The translations under genes and the position numbers were made by a program. Positions 39,604 through 49,435 of a stretch of 64,000 bases of DNA are shown here, piece after piece (within the stretch, counting starts at the first letter, position 1; every line of letters begins with the position of its first letter). Origin of the DNA: Dehalococcoidia bacterium. GTDB taxonomy: Bacteria; Chloroflexota; Dehalococcoidia; Lucifugimonadales; UBA3495. Below the pieces are notes generated by a model, which saw only the letters and a list, made by a program, of their open reading frames with translations, had not been told where the DNA came from and searched no databases. The stretch lies in assembly GCA_965220305.1 (NCBI GenBank), contig OZ244817.1, forward strand, positions 342,035 through 406,034, written 5' to 3'.

Positions 39604-40062
39604 TTGCCGCAAGTAGGTGTTATCATGGGCAGCGCCTCCGACGAAGGGGTGGTGCAAGAAGCAGTGGACACGCTGGAACAGATGGGCATCGACTACGAGG
39701 TACGGGTTATGTCAGCTCACCGCACCCCAGAACGGGTGCGGGAGTACGCTCTTGAGGCCCGCGACCGGGGCTTGCAAGTGTTAATCGCCGCCGCCGGGGG
39801 TTCAGCGGCCCTGGGGGGAACACTGGCAGCCTGGTGCACCCTGCCCGTCATAGGCATTCCCCTGGCATCCAGCGAATTGAAAGGATTGGACGCACTGCTG
39901 GCCACGGCCCAGATGCCTCCCGGCATCCCCGTAGCCAGCATGGCCGTCGGCGGGTGGGGAGCGCGCAACGCCGCCTTTTTTGCCGCCGAAATCCTGGGCC
40001 TCCAGGACGCTAAGGTCAGACAGGCCTATGAGGACTACCGCCAGCAACTCCGGGAGCGATAG
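39604..40062 (+). CDS. purE: N5-carboxyaminoimidazole ribonucleotide mutase
   Basis: ..VGVIMGSASD.., ..VRVMSAHRTPE.., ..IAAAGGSAALGG.. and ..PVIGIP.. are present. Confidence 0.9.
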   Translation: MPQVGVIMGSASDEGVVQEAVDTLEQMGIDYEVRVMSAHRTPERVREYALEARDRGLQVLIAAAGGSAALGGTLAAWCTLPVIGIPLASSELKGLDALLATAQMPPGIPVASMAVGGWGARNAAFFAAEILGLQDAKVRQAYEDYRQQLRER

Positions 40063-40063
40063 G

Positions 40064-40741
40064 TTGACTCCGGCGGTACTCTGCGACTTTGACGACACCG
40101 CCGCCTACCAAAATGTGGCGGAGTTGCTCTTGGACCGGTTCGGCGCACCCGGCTGGCACGACATCCGCCAACGGTTTCGGGACGGGGAGTTGACCTTCAA
40201 GGACTACCAGGAGATGACCTTCCGCACCGTCCAAGTGGGCCGGACAACAATGCAGTCATACGTGAAAGAAAACGCCCGCCTTCGCCCTTACTTCGGAGCG
40301 TTATGGCGGCACTGCCAGGAACATGGGATTCCAATGGCCATAGTTAGTGTGGGGTTGGACTTTTATATCCAGGCGTTGCTAGACCAGGAAGGTCTATCCG
40401 ACATTCCGGTTTACTCGGTGGACACCAAGTTTACTTCTTCGGGCATCGACTACCAGTACCGCTATACCCGCCCCGAGGAGGTCCATCTGGGCATCTCTAA
40501 GGCGATGGTCGTCGACAGCTATAGGGAGAAGGGGCACCACGTGATTTTCATCGGGGATGGCCGATCTGACTTTGGCGCAGCCGCCCGGGCCGACATAGTG
40601 TTTGCCCACAGTGTCCTGGCCCAGGAGTGTGAGCGCCAACAGATACCTTACCGGCCTTTCACCGATTTCGGAGACGTGTTGCGCGCGCTCCGGGAAAATT
40701 CGGCTAACAGCCCCCACGGGGAGTCGCTGGGGCTTCAATAA
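40064..40741 (+). CDS. HAD-superfamily phosphatase (subfamily IB, MtnX / phosphoserine-phosphatase-like)
   Basis: DFDDT nucleophile motif (LCDFDDTAA), ..IVSVGLD.. and ..FIGDGRSDF.. are present. The start is TTG 40064, right after the purE stop, or ATG 40028. Confidence 0.7.
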   Translation: MTPAVLCDFDDTAAYQNVAELLLDRFGAPGWHDIRQRFRDGELTFKDYQEMTFRTVQVGRTTMQSYVKENARLRPYFGALWRHCQEHGIPMAIVSVGLDFYIQALLDQEGLSDIPVYSVDTKFTSSGIDYQYRYTRPEEVHLGISKAMVVDSYREKGHHVIFIGDGRSDFGAAARADIVFAHSVLAQECERQQIPYRPFTDFGDVLRALRENSANSPHGESLGLQ

Positions 40742-40743
40742 AC

Positions 40744-40947
40744 ATGGATTTCCTAGGGCTGCCCATATATGTCCTATCAATATTGGTTGGTACGACGATT
40801 TACTTTCTGCCGACCATCATTGCTTTTGCCCGCGGCAGGAATAACCGGCTCGCCATATTCGCGCTTAATTTGCTGCTGGGGTGGACGTTCTTAGGGTGGG
40901 TTGTCGCGATAGTGTGGTCACTAACTGGAAACGGGAGAGGACCGTAG
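40744..40947 (+). CDS. Superinfection-immunity (Imm)-family small membrane protein
   Basis: 67 aa with two TM segments. YFLPTIIAFARGRNNRLAIFALNLLLGWTFLGWVVAIVWSL matches the Imm-family signature as I remember it. Confidence 0.7.
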   Translation: MDFLGLPIYVLSILVGTTIYFLPTIIAFARGRNNRLAIFALNLLLGWTFLGWVVAIVWSLTGNGRGP

Positions 40948-40990
40948 CACCGATAGTCAAGGAAAACCCAATTCCCCAGGAGGCGCAGGC

Positions 40991-42301
40991 GTGATTGACC
41001 GATACTCCAGGCCCGCCATGAAGCGGGTCTGGTCCGATGAGAATAAATACCAAAAGTGGCTGGACGTGGAGTTGGCCGTCGCTGAGGCGTGGACTGGGCA
41101 GGGAGCCATACCCCAGGAAGACATGGCCCTGCTGCGCAACGCCAAGTACGACCATCAAAGAATGATGGCCATCTTCGAGACAACCCGCCACGACGTGACG
41201 GCCTTCCTGACCTCGATTACCGAAAATATGGGTTTGGAAGGCCGGTGGCTGCACCTGGGCATGACTTCGTCGGACATGTTGGACACCGCCCAGGCCCTAC
41301 AGTTGGTGGAGGCTGGCGAGCTCCTGCTCCAGGACATCGACGAGGTCATCCAAGCCCTGGAGTCCCAAGCCCTGGAGCACAAGGACACGGTCTGCATGGG
41401 GCGCACCCACGGCATCCATGCCGAACCCATGACCTTCGGCATACGCCTGGCCCTGTGGTGGGACGAAATGCGGCGCCAACGCCACCGGCTGGCCGACGCC
41501 ATTGAGGGTTTGCGTGTTGGCAAGATTTCCGGCGCGGTGGGCACCCACGCCACCATACCCCCCTCGGTGGAGGACGAGGTATGCCGCCGCTTGGGGTTAA
41601 ACACGGCTCCGGTGTCCAACCAGGTCATACAACGGGACCGCTACGCCCACTTCATTTCGACCCTGGCCTTGATTGCCGCGTCGCTGGAGAAATTCGCCAC
41701 CGAGATTCGCGCCTTGCAGCGCACGGAAATCCACGAGCTGGAGGAGCCCTTCGGACAGGGGCAGACCGGCTCCTCTTCCATGCCCCACAAGCGCAATCCG
41801 GAACTCGCCGAGCGGATATGCGGCCTTGCCCGCCTGATTCGGGGCCATAGCGTCACGGCCTTGGAGAACGTGGCCCTCTGGGGGGAGCGAGACATCAGCC
41901 ACTCCTCGGCGGAGCGCATCATCCTACCAGACTCCTGCCTGGCGCTGGACTACATCCTGAGTATCTTTACCCGCATCATTCGCGACCTGCGGGTCTTCCC
42001 CGACCGGATGTGGGCCAACGTGGAGAGCAGCCGGGGTCTTATCTTCAGCCAGCAGGTGTTGTTGGCCCTGGTGGACAAGGGCATGACTCGGGAGGACGCC
42101 TACAAGGTCGTGCAGCGAAACGCCATGAATAGTTGGGACCAGAGCGAAGACTTTAGGGCACTGCTGAAGTCTGACCAGGAGGCCCTGAAACACCTGTCCA
42201 AGGAGGAGATGGAAGAGATCTTCGACTACGGCTATTATACCCGCTATGTGGATGACACCTTCCAACGGATAGGTCTGCTTCAGGCGACTGTATCCCCGTG
42301 A
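40991..42301 (+). CDS. purB: Adenylosuccinate lyase
   Basis: GTG start. MIDRYSRP.M...WS.E.K...WL.VE.. and the signature ..GSSSMPHKRNP... Confidence 0.95.
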   Translation: MIDRYSRPAMKRVWSDENKYQKWLDVELAVAEAWTGQGAIPQEDMALLRNAKYDHQRMMAIFETTRHDVTAFLTSITENMGLEGRWLHLGMTSSDMLDTAQALQLVEAGELLLQDIDEVIQALESQALEHKDTVCMGRTHGIHAEPMTFGIRLALWWDEMRRQRHRLADAIEGLRVGKISGAVGTHATIPPSVEDEVCRRLGLNTAPVSNQVIQRDRYAHFISTLALIAASLEKFATEIRALQRTEIHELEEPFGQGQTGSSSMPHKRNPELAERICGLARLIRGHSVTALENVALWGERDISHSSAERIILPDSCLALDYILSIFTRIIRDLRVFPDRMWANVESSRGLIFSQQVLLALVDKGMTREDAYKVVQRNAMNSWDQSEDFRALLKSDQEALKHLSKEEMEEIFDYGYYTRYVDDTFQRIGLLQATVSP

Positions 42302-42361
42302 ACCAGTACGACGGACAAAAACAACTTAGCCGGCGTAATCTGCCGCAAGAAAGGTAACGAT

Positions 42362-43258
42362 ATGATTGTACAAACAGAACTTCCCAACCTGCTCCATCGA
42401 GGCAAAGTCCGGGACACTTACGGCGTCAACGATGACGTTCTCCTAATGGTAGCCACCGACCGCATTTCGGCCTTTGACGTGGTGTTGCCCACGGGCATTC
42501 CTTCCAAGGGTCTGGTGTTGAACCGCATTTCCGCCTTTTGGTTCGACAAGACCAAGCACCTGGCGCCCAACCATCTGCTGTCCCTGGCCGATGCACCCGA
42601 CGTCGCCTCCCGGTTCGGCGACAGCCCTCTGCTGACCAGCTTGAACCAGGAGATTGCCCGCCAGGCCATGGTCGTGCAGCGGGCGCAGCGCATCGACATC
42701 GAGTGCATTGTGCGGGGTTACATTACGGGCTCGGCTTGGGGCGAGTACCGCCGACAGGGCACGGTGTCCGGCCAGGCAATGCCCGAGGGCATGGTGGAAG
42801 GCGTGCCCTTCCCCGAGCCCCTGTTTACTCCCACCACCAAGGCCGAGGAAGGGCACGACGAGAACATGTCCCACCAAGAGGTGATGGACATGGTGGGCCC
42901 AGAACTGGCCCAGCAGTTGGAAGACGTCAGCAAGACCGTCTACCAGTTTGCCCACGACTACGCCAAGGAACGGGGAATCATCCTCGCCGACACCAAGATG
43001 GAATTTGGGCTGCTGGACGACCAACTGATTCTCATTGATGAGCTGCTAACTCCAGACTCCAGCCGGTTCTGGGATATGAACGGCTACGAGCCGGGCCGTT
43101 CCCAGCCCAATTACGACAAGCAGTTTGTCCGGGACTGGCTCACCGACCAAGCCTGGAACCAGGAGCCCCCTGCCCCCGAGTTGCCGGACGACATCGTTGC
43201 CAGGACTACAGAGCGTTACCTGGAAGCCTACGAAAAGCTGACCGGGGAGAAGCTGTAG
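42362..43258 (+). CDS. purC: Phosphoribosylaminoimidazole-succinocarboxamide (SAICAR) synthase
   Basis: ..LLHRGKVRDTY......LLMVATDRISAFD.. and ..LADTKMEFG.. are present. Confidence 0.95.
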   Translation: MIVQTELPNLLHRGKVRDTYGVNDDVLLMVATDRISAFDVVLPTGIPSKGLVLNRISAFWFDKTKHLAPNHLLSLADAPDVASRFGDSPLLTSLNQEIARQAMVVQRAQRIDIECIVRGYITGSAWGEYRRQGTVSGQAMPEGMVEGVPFPEPLFTPTTKAEEGHDENMSHQEVMDMVGPELAQQLEDVSKTVYQFAHDYAKERGIILADTKMEFGLLDDQLILIDELLTPDSSRFWDMNGYEPGRSQPNYDKQFVRDWLTDQAWNQEPPAPELPDDIVARTTERYLEAYEKLTGEKL

Positions 43259-43290
43259 CTTTGAAGCCCCTTTGCTGGAGGTAGTCAACT

Positions 43291-44010
43291 GTGCCCATAT
43301 CCAGACGCCGCCGACGCCGGAGCAGGCCTGCCCCCGGGAGCAGCCGGTCCGGCTCCTCGGCCCTCACTATCAATAGACCCCGCAGAAAGACCAACTACTG
43401 GTACGTAGGAGTTTCCTTGGTAATCGCTGTTCTAGTAATCGGCGGATTTGTCGTGGGGGACATTGGCTTCGGCTCCGGCTCCGGCGCCAACGCTGCCCGG
43501 GGCGGCAGCAGCGATGACTATGTGGAAGGCGTGGGCGTAAAGCACGACATCATGCCCACTCGCCACGTACCGGAGCCCCAGACCGTGGCCTATTCCACCT
43601 TCCCACCGACCTCGGGAGACCACTGGGACCAATGGGCCCGCTGCGGCTTCTACGAGCACATTGTGCCCGACGAGCGCATCACCCACAACCTGGAACACGG
43701 AAATATAGTAGTTAGCTTCAATCTGCCGGACACCACCCGGGTGGAAGAGCTCCAGGAGGCGCTGGACAACATTGGCCTGTCTTCGGCCTGGGGAGTTATC
43801 CGACCCTACGACGAGATACCGGAAGGTACCGTAGCGCTGGCAACATGGGGAGTGTCGGACACTTTCGATACCGCCAACGGCATCGACGAAGACCGGATTA
43901 GGACTTTCTTTGAGACCTATTCGGGCAACCTCAGTCCCGAATTTCCCGGCGGCCTGCCCTGCACCCAGACCGGCATAATGGACCGTCCACCCGAGGGCTC
44001 CAGCAACTAA
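43291..44010 (+). CDS. DUF3105-domain membrane-anchored protein
   Basis: Arg-rich N-terminus plus one TM segment. Then ..Y...PPTSGDHW.......G.Y......E...HNLEHGNIVVSFN.., typical of DUF3105. Confidence 0.75.
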   Translation: MPISRRRRRRSRPAPGSSRSGSSALTINRPRRKTNYWYVGVSLVIAVLVIGGFVVGDIGFGSGSGANAARGGSSDDYVEGVGVKHDIMPTRHVPEPQTVAYSTFPPTSGDHWDQWARCGFYEHIVPDERITHNLEHGNIVVSFNLPDTTRVEELQEALDNIGLSSAWGVIRPYDEIPEGTVALATWGVSDTFDTANGIDEDRIRTFFETYSGNLSPEFPGGLPCTQTGIMDRPPEGSSN

Positions 44011-44118
44011 CCTTCCCGCCTTACCCCGGAGAGAAGCTGGTGAACGGCAATTCGTGGGATAGGATGGTTAAATCCTCAGCGCGCCACGGGGCGACAGCTC
44101 CGAAATAGGAAGATAAGA

Positions 44119-44382
44119 TTGTACCTGGCGAAAGTCTACGTGACCCTAAAGCCCACCGTTAACGACCCTCAGGGTCTCACTGTATTGGGAGCCCTGCGCA
44201 ACCTGGGTTACAACACTGTCGAGGAAGTGCGGGCGGGCAAATACCTGGAAATCCAGGTGAACGAAACGCAGCGGTCTCGCGCCGAGGCCGTCGTAAACGA
44301 CATTTGCCAAAAGCTGTTGGCCAACCCGGTCATTGAAGAGTTCCGCTTTGACCTTCAGGAAGCGGAACTCCCATCACAGTAG
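44119..44382 (+). CDS. purS: Phosphoribosylformylglycinamidine synthase subunit PurS
   Basis: 87 aa. ..AKVYVTLKPTVNDPQG.TV..AL..LGY..V..VR.GKY.E... is canonical PurS. Confidence 0.9.
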   Translation: MYLAKVYVTLKPTVNDPQGLTVLGALRNLGYNTVEEVRAGKYLEIQVNETQRSRAEAVVNDICQKLLANPVIEEFRFDLQEAELPSQ

Positions 44383-44601
44383 TCCCGGCGTCGCTCGAAC
44401 GCTCCCACTGCCGCGCGCCCCTACCCTTGCCACGATTAATTGGTCCTATTTCGACATCCTTCGATAGGTTCAAGAGGAGTGGGGCATTACGGATAACCGA
44501 TAGACGCTGGCCCAAGTTCACTCCGGTTGACAAGTCCCGGCGCTTCTGCTGCAATAACCACATCTTCAACCCTCGCCCAAAGGCTCGCAGGAGGTGAACC
44601 C

Positions 44602-45597
44602 TTGACTACCGCCAATAGCAGTACCTACGTATATGCCGGCGCCGAAACGCATGGTCTATACCGGCTCTCTCCCGGCGCCACCCAGTGGGAAAGCTTGACC
44701 AACGGCCTACCTGACCGGGTGCAGGTGCAGACAGTGGCCTTGCACCCCGACGACCCCCAGGTAGTCTTTGCCGGCACCGGCGAAGGTCCCTACCGCAGCG
44801 CCGACCGGGGCCATAGCTGGGAGCGTCTGGACTACCCCAGGTATTCGCCGGGGGTGTGGTCTTTCCTGTTCCGGCCCGGCGACCCCAGCGTGATGTACCT
44901 GGGCACCGCCCCGGGCGAAATCTACCGTAGCGTCAACAGCGGGGACTCCTGGCAAAAGCTAAACGCTTCCATGGGCTCCAACGAAGTTACCATGGCCTTC
45001 CCCACCCGAGTCATAGCCTTGACAGCTGATCCCAGCCATCCCGATGAGATGTACGCCGCAATTGAAGTGGCCGGGGTCATTCGCAGCGCCGACGGAGGTG
45101 ACACCTGGGACGAGATTACCCACGACCTGGCCCCCAGCGAGGACACTCTGGACCTGCACGGTGTGCAATGCACCGCAGCATCGCCGCATACCGTGTTCAT
45201 TACGACCCGGCAGGGGCCCTTCATCGGACCCGACCGAGGCAGCGAGTGGATTCCGGTGGAGTTCGGCCAGTTTTCCGAGATTACCTACACCAGGGACTTG
45301 CGGGTAGCCCCCCACGATCCCACCACCCTCTACGTTTCCATAGGGGCCGCCGCCCGTAGCGAGCAGGGCGCCCTGTACCGCAGCCGGGACCTTTTCAAGA
45401 CCTTCGAGCGGGTGGACCGGAACATCACCTGCCAGAGCACCATGATGTCCGTATCCGTAGACCCACGGGCCCCCAGCCACATCTTCTGCGCGGCCCGGGA
45501 CGGCCAGGTCTTTGGCACCCTGGACGACGGGGCCACCTGGACCACCTACCAACTGCCTGACGAGGCCAAGGAAGTGAGGGGGTTGGCCGCCGGTTAG
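44602..45597 (+). CDS. BNR/Asp-box repeat beta-propeller protein (sialidase / Ycf48-like fold)
   Basis: Repeated Asp-boxes RSADRGHSWERL, RSVNSGDSWQKL, RSADGGDTWDEI and LDDGATWT. The TTG at 44602 lies 7 nt after AGGAGG; the ORF-track start is 44527. Confidence 0.7.
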   Translation: MTTANSSTYVYAGAETHGLYRLSPGATQWESLTNGLPDRVQVQTVALHPDDPQVVFAGTGEGPYRSADRGHSWERLDYPRYSPGVWSFLFRPGDPSVMYLGTAPGEIYRSVNSGDSWQKLNASMGSNEVTMAFPTRVIALTADPSHPDEMYAAIEVAGVIRSADGGDTWDEITHDLAPSEDTLDLHGVQCTAASPHTVFITTRQGPFIGPDRGSEWIPVEFGQFSEITYTRDLRVAPHDPTTLYVSIGAAARSEQGALYRSRDLFKTFERVDRNITCQSTMMSVSVDPRAPSHIFCAARDGQVFGTLDDGATWTTYQLPDEAKEVRGLAAG

Positions 45598-45664
45598 TCC
45601 GGTGGAGCTAACATCAATCCGCTGCACAAATAAGCGGATGCCGCGCCGGAATACGCGCAAAAAC

Positions 45665-45692
45665 AGAGGAGCGAGGTAGTCCTCGCTCCTCT
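45665..45692. terminator. Bidirectional rho-independent terminator between convergent genes
   Basis: 12-bp perfect stem AGAGGAGCGAGG / CCTCGCTCCTCT with loop TAGT. It is flanked by CAAAAAC on one side and TTTGCTT on the other. Confidence 0.6.
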
Positions 45693-45759
45693 TTGCTTCG
45701 CCTGTGCGAGAGGGATTTTTGCTTCCTTCCCGCCACCAGGTCCGAATAAGGCAGGGGGC

Positions 45760-46344
45760 CTAGTCCAAGCTCCTGCTCAGCAGGTCTACCAATTCGTCCA
45801 CGCTGGCGTGTTGCCAGTCGACGGCTCGCGCGGCGGTGCGGGAGCGCCGCTCCCGGCCAAAATCCTGGTCATTTATTTCTGGGTTTTCTGACCGGATCGC
45901 CGCCTCAATCTCCTCCATCTCCCTTTCCGCTACCTCGGGGCGTTCAATCCAATGGCAGATGTACTGGTGGTCCTTAGTGTAAAACACCGCCGTGGGGATT
46001 GACATCCACTGCCCATTCTTCAAAAACTCGTTCATAATGTCATGGTTCTCGTCCCGGGGAAACACCTTCATCTCCAAGCCCGCGACTTCGGCCACCCGGG
46101 CCAGCACCGGAAGACCCCGGACAACGTCGCCGCACCAATCTTCTCCCAGCACCAGCATCTTGGCCGGACCGTTGGGCTGTTTGACCAAGTCGCTGAGGGC
46201 GGTGGCGCTCTCGGGCTTTACCTGAAAGTTGTCGTAGAAGCCCTGGAACCGGGCTTTATTTACCTTTATTTGTTCCATGTAGTCTTCGTAGCTAATCCCC
46301 TCTCCAAAACGTTGGGGGGTTACCACGCTGGTCTCTCTCGCCAT
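45760..46344 (-). CDS. Thioredoxin-fold family protein (single-Cys WCGDV variant)
   Basis: ..MLVLGEDWCGDVVRGLPVLARV.. is the thioredoxin_9-like layout. The second Cys of CxxC is replaced by Val. Confidence 0.7.
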   Translation of the reverse strand: MARETSVVTPQRFGEGISYEDYMEQIKVNKARFQGFYDNFQVKPESATALSDLVKQPNGPAKMLVLGEDWCGDVVRGLPVLARVAEVAGLEMKVFPRDENHDIMNEFLKNGQWMSIPTAVFYTKDHQYICHWIERPEVAEREMEEIEAAIRSENPEINDQDFGRERRSRTAARAVDWQHASVDELVDLLSRSLD

Positions 46345-46484
46345 GCTCTACCTCCACATACGATGGTCAACCGCCCAATGCCTGCCACCTCATTTTGTTC
46401 CGTTGCCTTACGGTGGGAGGCTTCCGGGTCAGGTAGACCCTTTTCGGGATTACCAAATGGACTGACCGTCCATTAGCCGATTTC

Positions 46485-46700
46485 TCAACCTACCGAGCCT
46501 TCAAAGCCTATCTCCACCCGTCCATCGGGGAAAACAATTATGGGGACTGAATCTCCATAAAGGAGAGCCTCATCCAAGGTGTCCTGGCTTTGGTCAACCC
46601 GTCGCTCGTCATATTTGATGCCCTGCCGACCCCATGCCGCGCGCAATTTGTCGCATGCTGGGCAGACAGTCAGAGTATAGACCACTGGTATATCTGCCAT
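46485..46700 (-). CDS. Glutaredoxin-like small redox protein (CPAC)
   Basis: 71 aa. ..VVYTLTVCPACDKL...GI.Y.E..VD.......A.......VP.I.. is the glutaredoxin/NrdH-like pattern. Confidence 0.7.
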   Translation of the reverse strand: MADIPVVYTLTVCPACDKLRAAWGRQGIKYDERRVDQSQDTLDEALLYGDSVPIIVFPDGRVEIGFEGSVG

Positions 46701-46936
46701 AGGCTACCTCCGTAGGGATGGTTAAGCCATTCTACAACGCGGGGGGCTGGCTGTCACCCGCCTTGCGGCCCCCTACGCCTATTCGTTGAATCCCGGCAAC
46801 TGGAGGGCGGGGTACGTCCGCTTCGGTGACTTGTGGGTTGGCTCGGTGCCTAACTATAATGCTCCTGACCCCCTTGCGGTGCGTACCATCGAGAGTGCCC
46901 GCCAAGCCAACCAGGGGGCTAACCTTCGGAGAAGAT

Positions 46937-47266
46937 ATGATAGCTTTAATCGTAACCATCAACATCAAGCCGGAGCACAAGGAGGCCTTCATGGCTTCCA
47001 TGATGGGAGATGCTCGGGGCTCCAACAACGACGAACCGGGTTGCCTGCGGTTCGACGTGCTGCAGGACGCTGAGGACCCCAACCGGATTCACCTATACGA
47101 GGTGTACCGCGACGAGGCCGCCCTGGAGGCCCACCGCAATGCGCCCCACTTCATCAAGTGGCGCGAGGAAGTACAGGACTGGTTCGCCACGGAAAACGTC
47201 AGGAAGATGGCCTCTCCGGTGTACCCGCCCGCGGACAAGTGGAACAAGCGCCCGCCGGTGGACTAA
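46937..47266 (+). CDS. Antibiotic-biosynthesis-monooxygenase (ABM/YgiN-like) domain protein
   Basis: ATG at 46937. MIALIVTINIKPEHKEAF........S..EPGCLRFDVLQD..DPNRIHLYEVYRDEAALEAHR..PHF..W. Confidence 0.75.
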   Translation: MIALIVTINIKPEHKEAFMASMMGDARGSNNDEPGCLRFDVLQDAEDPNRIHLYEVYRDEAALEAHRNAPHFIKWREEVQDWFATENVRKMASPVYPPADKWNKRPPVD

Positions 47267-47271
47267 CCTGT

Positions 47272-48603
47272 TTAACTGCGCCTTTCCAGGACCCTTCCCA
47301 GGGCTCCCAGGAAAGTTTCCACTTCGGCCCCCGTGATTACAGTTGACAGCGCGCCGACCAGGTTGGACGCCATGAGTATTCCCTCGTTCATCATCCCCAG
47401 GAATACTTGCTCCCGGAACTTGGCGTCTTCGGCAGCAATATCGCGGTAGTTCCGCAACGGGCGCTCGCTGAAATGGATGCCGAAGAGGGAGCCGACCCCG
47501 GTGACCTGCACCGGGATTTCTAGTTGGGAACAACAGTCGCGAATACCCTGCCGCAGCGATTCCGTCGATTCGGCCAGGTTACGGAAGACCTCGGGGGTAA
47601 GCTGTTCCAGGGTTACTGAACCGGCCAGCATGGTGACCGGGTTGGCGTTGAAAGTTCCGGCGTGGGAAACCTTTGGGCCGAGAGTGGGGTCATACAGGTC
47701 CATGATGTCCTTGCGGCCCCCGAAGGCGCCCACCGCGAATCCCCCGCCGATAATCTTTCCCAGCGACGTTAGGTCTGGGGTAATCCCGTAATACTGCTGG
47801 GAGCCACCCTCTGCCGCCCGGAAGCTAATTACCTCGTCAAAAATTAGCACGATGCCGTTGGCCTCGGTAAAGTCCCGCAGCATGGTCAAGAATTCGGGAG
47901 AGGCTGGCAGCATTCCCACCGAACCCATGACCGGCTCTACTATTACCGCCGCCAGTTCATTCTTGTGCTCTTCCAGAATCGCTTGGGCAACCTCGGTCTC
48001 GTTGAAGGGCAAGACCACCACTTGGTCCAACACGCCATCGGCCAAGCCCTCGCTGCTGGGCACTGCGCGGGGCCGGTCGGCCTCCCCGGCCTGCGACGGG
48101 TCAACACGCACACTAACGGCAACAGCGTCGTGGGTGCCGTGATAGCCACCTTCCACCTTGGCAAAACGGCTTCTGCCGGTAAAGGCGCGGGCGGCCCTTA
48201 TGGTATTCAGGGTCGCCTCCGTCCCCGAGTTGGTGAACCGCACCAGGTCAAAGCTGGGGACCCGCTGGCACAGGAGCTTCGCCAACCGCACCTGGTGTTC
48301 GTTGGGGGCATTGTAGGCCAGACCCCTATCGAGCTGTTCTCGGACGGCGTCGAGTACCGGAGCCGGTCCATGCCCCAGGACCATTGTGGTCATGGTATTG
48401 ATGAAGTCGAGCCGGTCCGTTCCGTCGGCGTCAACCACGTGGCAGCCCGACGCCGACTCGACGAAAATCGGGTAAGGGTTCCAGAAGATGGAGTTACGGC
48501 TGTCGCCGCCGGGCAAATAGTTCTTGGCTTCCTCCCAGATGGCGCGAGACTTGGGCGTCAATTCCAAATATCGTTCCAGTTCAGTCGTCTGTTGGTCCAT
48601 CAA
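47272..48603 (-). CDS. Class III aminotransferase (glutamate-1-semialdehyde aminomutase-like)
   Basis: 443 aa. ..LPGGDSRN.., ..FTNSGTEA.., ..EPV.GS.G.., ..LIFDEVISFR.. and ..LGKIIGGGF.. (PLP lysine) are present. Confidence 0.85.
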   Translation of the reverse strand: MMDQQTTELERYLELTPKSRAIWEEAKNYLPGGDSRNSIFWNPYPIFVESASGCHVVDADGTDRLDFINTMTTMVLGHGPAPVLDAVREQLDRGLAYNAPNEHQVRLAKLLCQRVPSFDLVRFTNSGTEATLNTIRAARAFTGRSRFAKVEGGYHGTHDAVAVSVRVDPSQAGEADRPRAVPSSEGLADGVLDQVVVLPFNETEVAQAILEEHKNELAAVIVEPVMGSVGMLPASPEFLTMLRDFTEANGIVLIFDEVISFRAAEGGSQQYYGITPDLTSLGKIIGGGFAVGAFGGRKDIMDLYDPTLGPKVSHAGTFNANPVTMLAGSVTLEQLTPEVFRNLAESTESLRQGIRDCCSQLEIPVQVTGVGSLFGIHFSERPLRNYRDIAAEDAKFREQVFLGMMNEGILMASNLVGALSTVITGAEVETFLGALGRVLERRS

Positions 48604-49159
48604 TACGCTCCGGAGAAAAAGTTAGCTGGCGTACTCCCCAAATGTGGCTGAGGTTCGACGGATATGGGCTACCTTCAGTCAGTCGCATACCCAGGTGTTA
48701 CCCATGAACGCGGGCAGGGACCCTCTCCACAATCCAGACCGGGATTCTACGACCAGAGACCAGTTGGGGAGTCGCGGGCCGTGGGCCTCTGGAGCGTCGA
48801 TTAACAGGTGCATGTGGCCCCACGCCAAGTAGACAACACCGGATCTCCGCCGAGCAATACCCCCGTTCTTTGGGAAGCATTGGCAGTAGACGAGCGGATT
48901 GTACCACCGGATGGCACTGGGGCAAAGGCTGAGGGAGCCGGGAGCAAGGAAGGATTGAAGGCGGGGGCGCTGGGTAGGTTCTTGGTGGAATTGGAGCCGT
49001 TTGCCCTGGGCGATGTTACGGGCGTGGTCCGGCCCGTCAGGGTCTTCCTGTTGGCGGGCAGCCTGTTCAGCCGGATGGGCGTCAATTGACGCCGAATCCG
49101 CCTGCGAGGCGCGGGGCCAGCCCGAATAAACTGGCCCCTTGCCCCAAGATGAATTCTGG

Positions 49160-49435
49160 TCATTGGGCGGAAGCCCAGCGGCGCATGTCTTTTATACGAA
49201 TATTGGATACCAGGAAAGCGGACTCCTCTTCGCGGCGTATCTCGAACTCTCGGACATCGTCCTCCACCACCACCATATAGCGGGAGACGGCGTCGATGAC
49301 ATCCCGTCTGAGGGCCGCCATAACATCCGGAGCCAGGTCAAACCGGTCCCGCATCAGCGCCAGGTGAAGGCGCTCTCTGGCTACGTCCTTGGTCTGTTCC
49401 CGTCGACGAATGACCCAACGCACGAAATCAAGCAT
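49160..49435 (-). CDS. minE: Cell-division topological specificity factor MinE
   Basis: 91 aa. ..A.ERL.L.L..DR......M..L..D...V.S.Y.. It overlaps the minD stop by 8 nt. Confidence 0.9.
   Translation of the reverse strand: MLDFVRWVIRRREQTKDVARERLHLALMRDRFDLAPDVMAALRRDVIDAVSRYMVVVEDDVREFEIRREEESAFLVSNIRIKDMRRWASAQ

Noticed and set aside
46473-46487. The TGA stop of the glutaredoxin-like gene as a second selenocysteine codon (..GSVG-U-EIG).
   Set aside because: Only three codons follow before a TAA. The redox motif CPAC is at the N-terminus. There is no hairpin, and no known C-terminal Sec motif fits.
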